Assembly (NCBI RefSeq): GCF_018977255.1
Contig: NW_024704743.1
Span: forward strand, 89,778,001-89,842,000
DNA from: Callorhinchus milii
Lineage: Eukaryota
Direction of reading: 5' to 3'
DNA: 64,000 bases
Part shown: positions 63,511 to 64,000 of the stretch, one piece after another
Numbering within the stretch: the stretch's first letter is position 1
Layout of the letters: every line of letters starts with the position of its first letter
Notes under the pieces: model-generated
Told to the model about the DNA's origin: nothing
Databases searched by the model: none
The model's input: only the letters and a program-made list of their open reading frames with translations
Position numbers and translations under genes: made by a program

Positions 63511-64000
63511 AATATTACCAGTGTTGATTACCATATCACAACCTTTACCCCAATAATCTTTAATAACATTTGCATTGATATAGAAACCATAAAATAAGGG
63601 AACCCGTAACTGAATAGTTGAGTGTATTTTGATAGGCAAACATGGCAGCCAATTTGAAAATAGCAAGTCCCACAAACAACCATGAAGAGAATGATCAGTT
63701 TTGTTTTGAGGAATGTTAGTCAGGACAGGGAGCTATGAGATTGAAGAGAAACTATCAGAGAGATGCCCCATTAGGCATTCAGTCTTCTAACCACTCCCAT
63801 GGCAAAGAAGAGCAGGAAGTGTACCTGCAAATTCAATCAAACTGCAAATGAACTGGTCAGTTATTTGTTGCTTTTTATCAGTTGTCACTAGTGAAGACTA
63901 GTAGTTCAGTTTGCTGGTATACACCAGTCACTGTTCTTCACTTCAAGGTTATTGTATGAAATGCTATGAGCTGAAATGCACTGTATCAAATGCAAGTGTT

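Overview
Eukaryotic vertebrate genomic DNA, most likely from a cartilaginous fish such as a chimaera (inferred from the repeat families, not proven). Two host genes lie in tandem on the + strand: the last four coding exons of LRP12 (21479-34589) and the first three coding exons of DPYS, dihydropyrimidinase (49019-62720). All have clean GT-AG boundaries and compatible phases. The rest is intron or intergenic DNA dense in L2 and CR1 LINE fragments, two SINE families and two decayed LTR elements. The most notable item is a degraded endogenous retrovirus-like element in an LRP12 intron (~14160-19972). Its RT motifs (KYKTTMDLANRFW...MPQEWKNSPAIF...YVDD) look foamy/loki-retrovirus-like rather than ordinary Gypsy; it is split by a young L2 insertion and ends in a PPT plus a 611-bp LTR. 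A two-LTR Gypsy element with a 5-bp TSD sits 0.8 kb upstream of the DPYS start codon, next to a CpG-rich SINE relic in the presumed promoter. No prokaryotic systems, CRISPR arrays or true tRNA/rRNA genes were found. Family assignments come from motif recognition, not database searches, and repeat boundaries are approximate.
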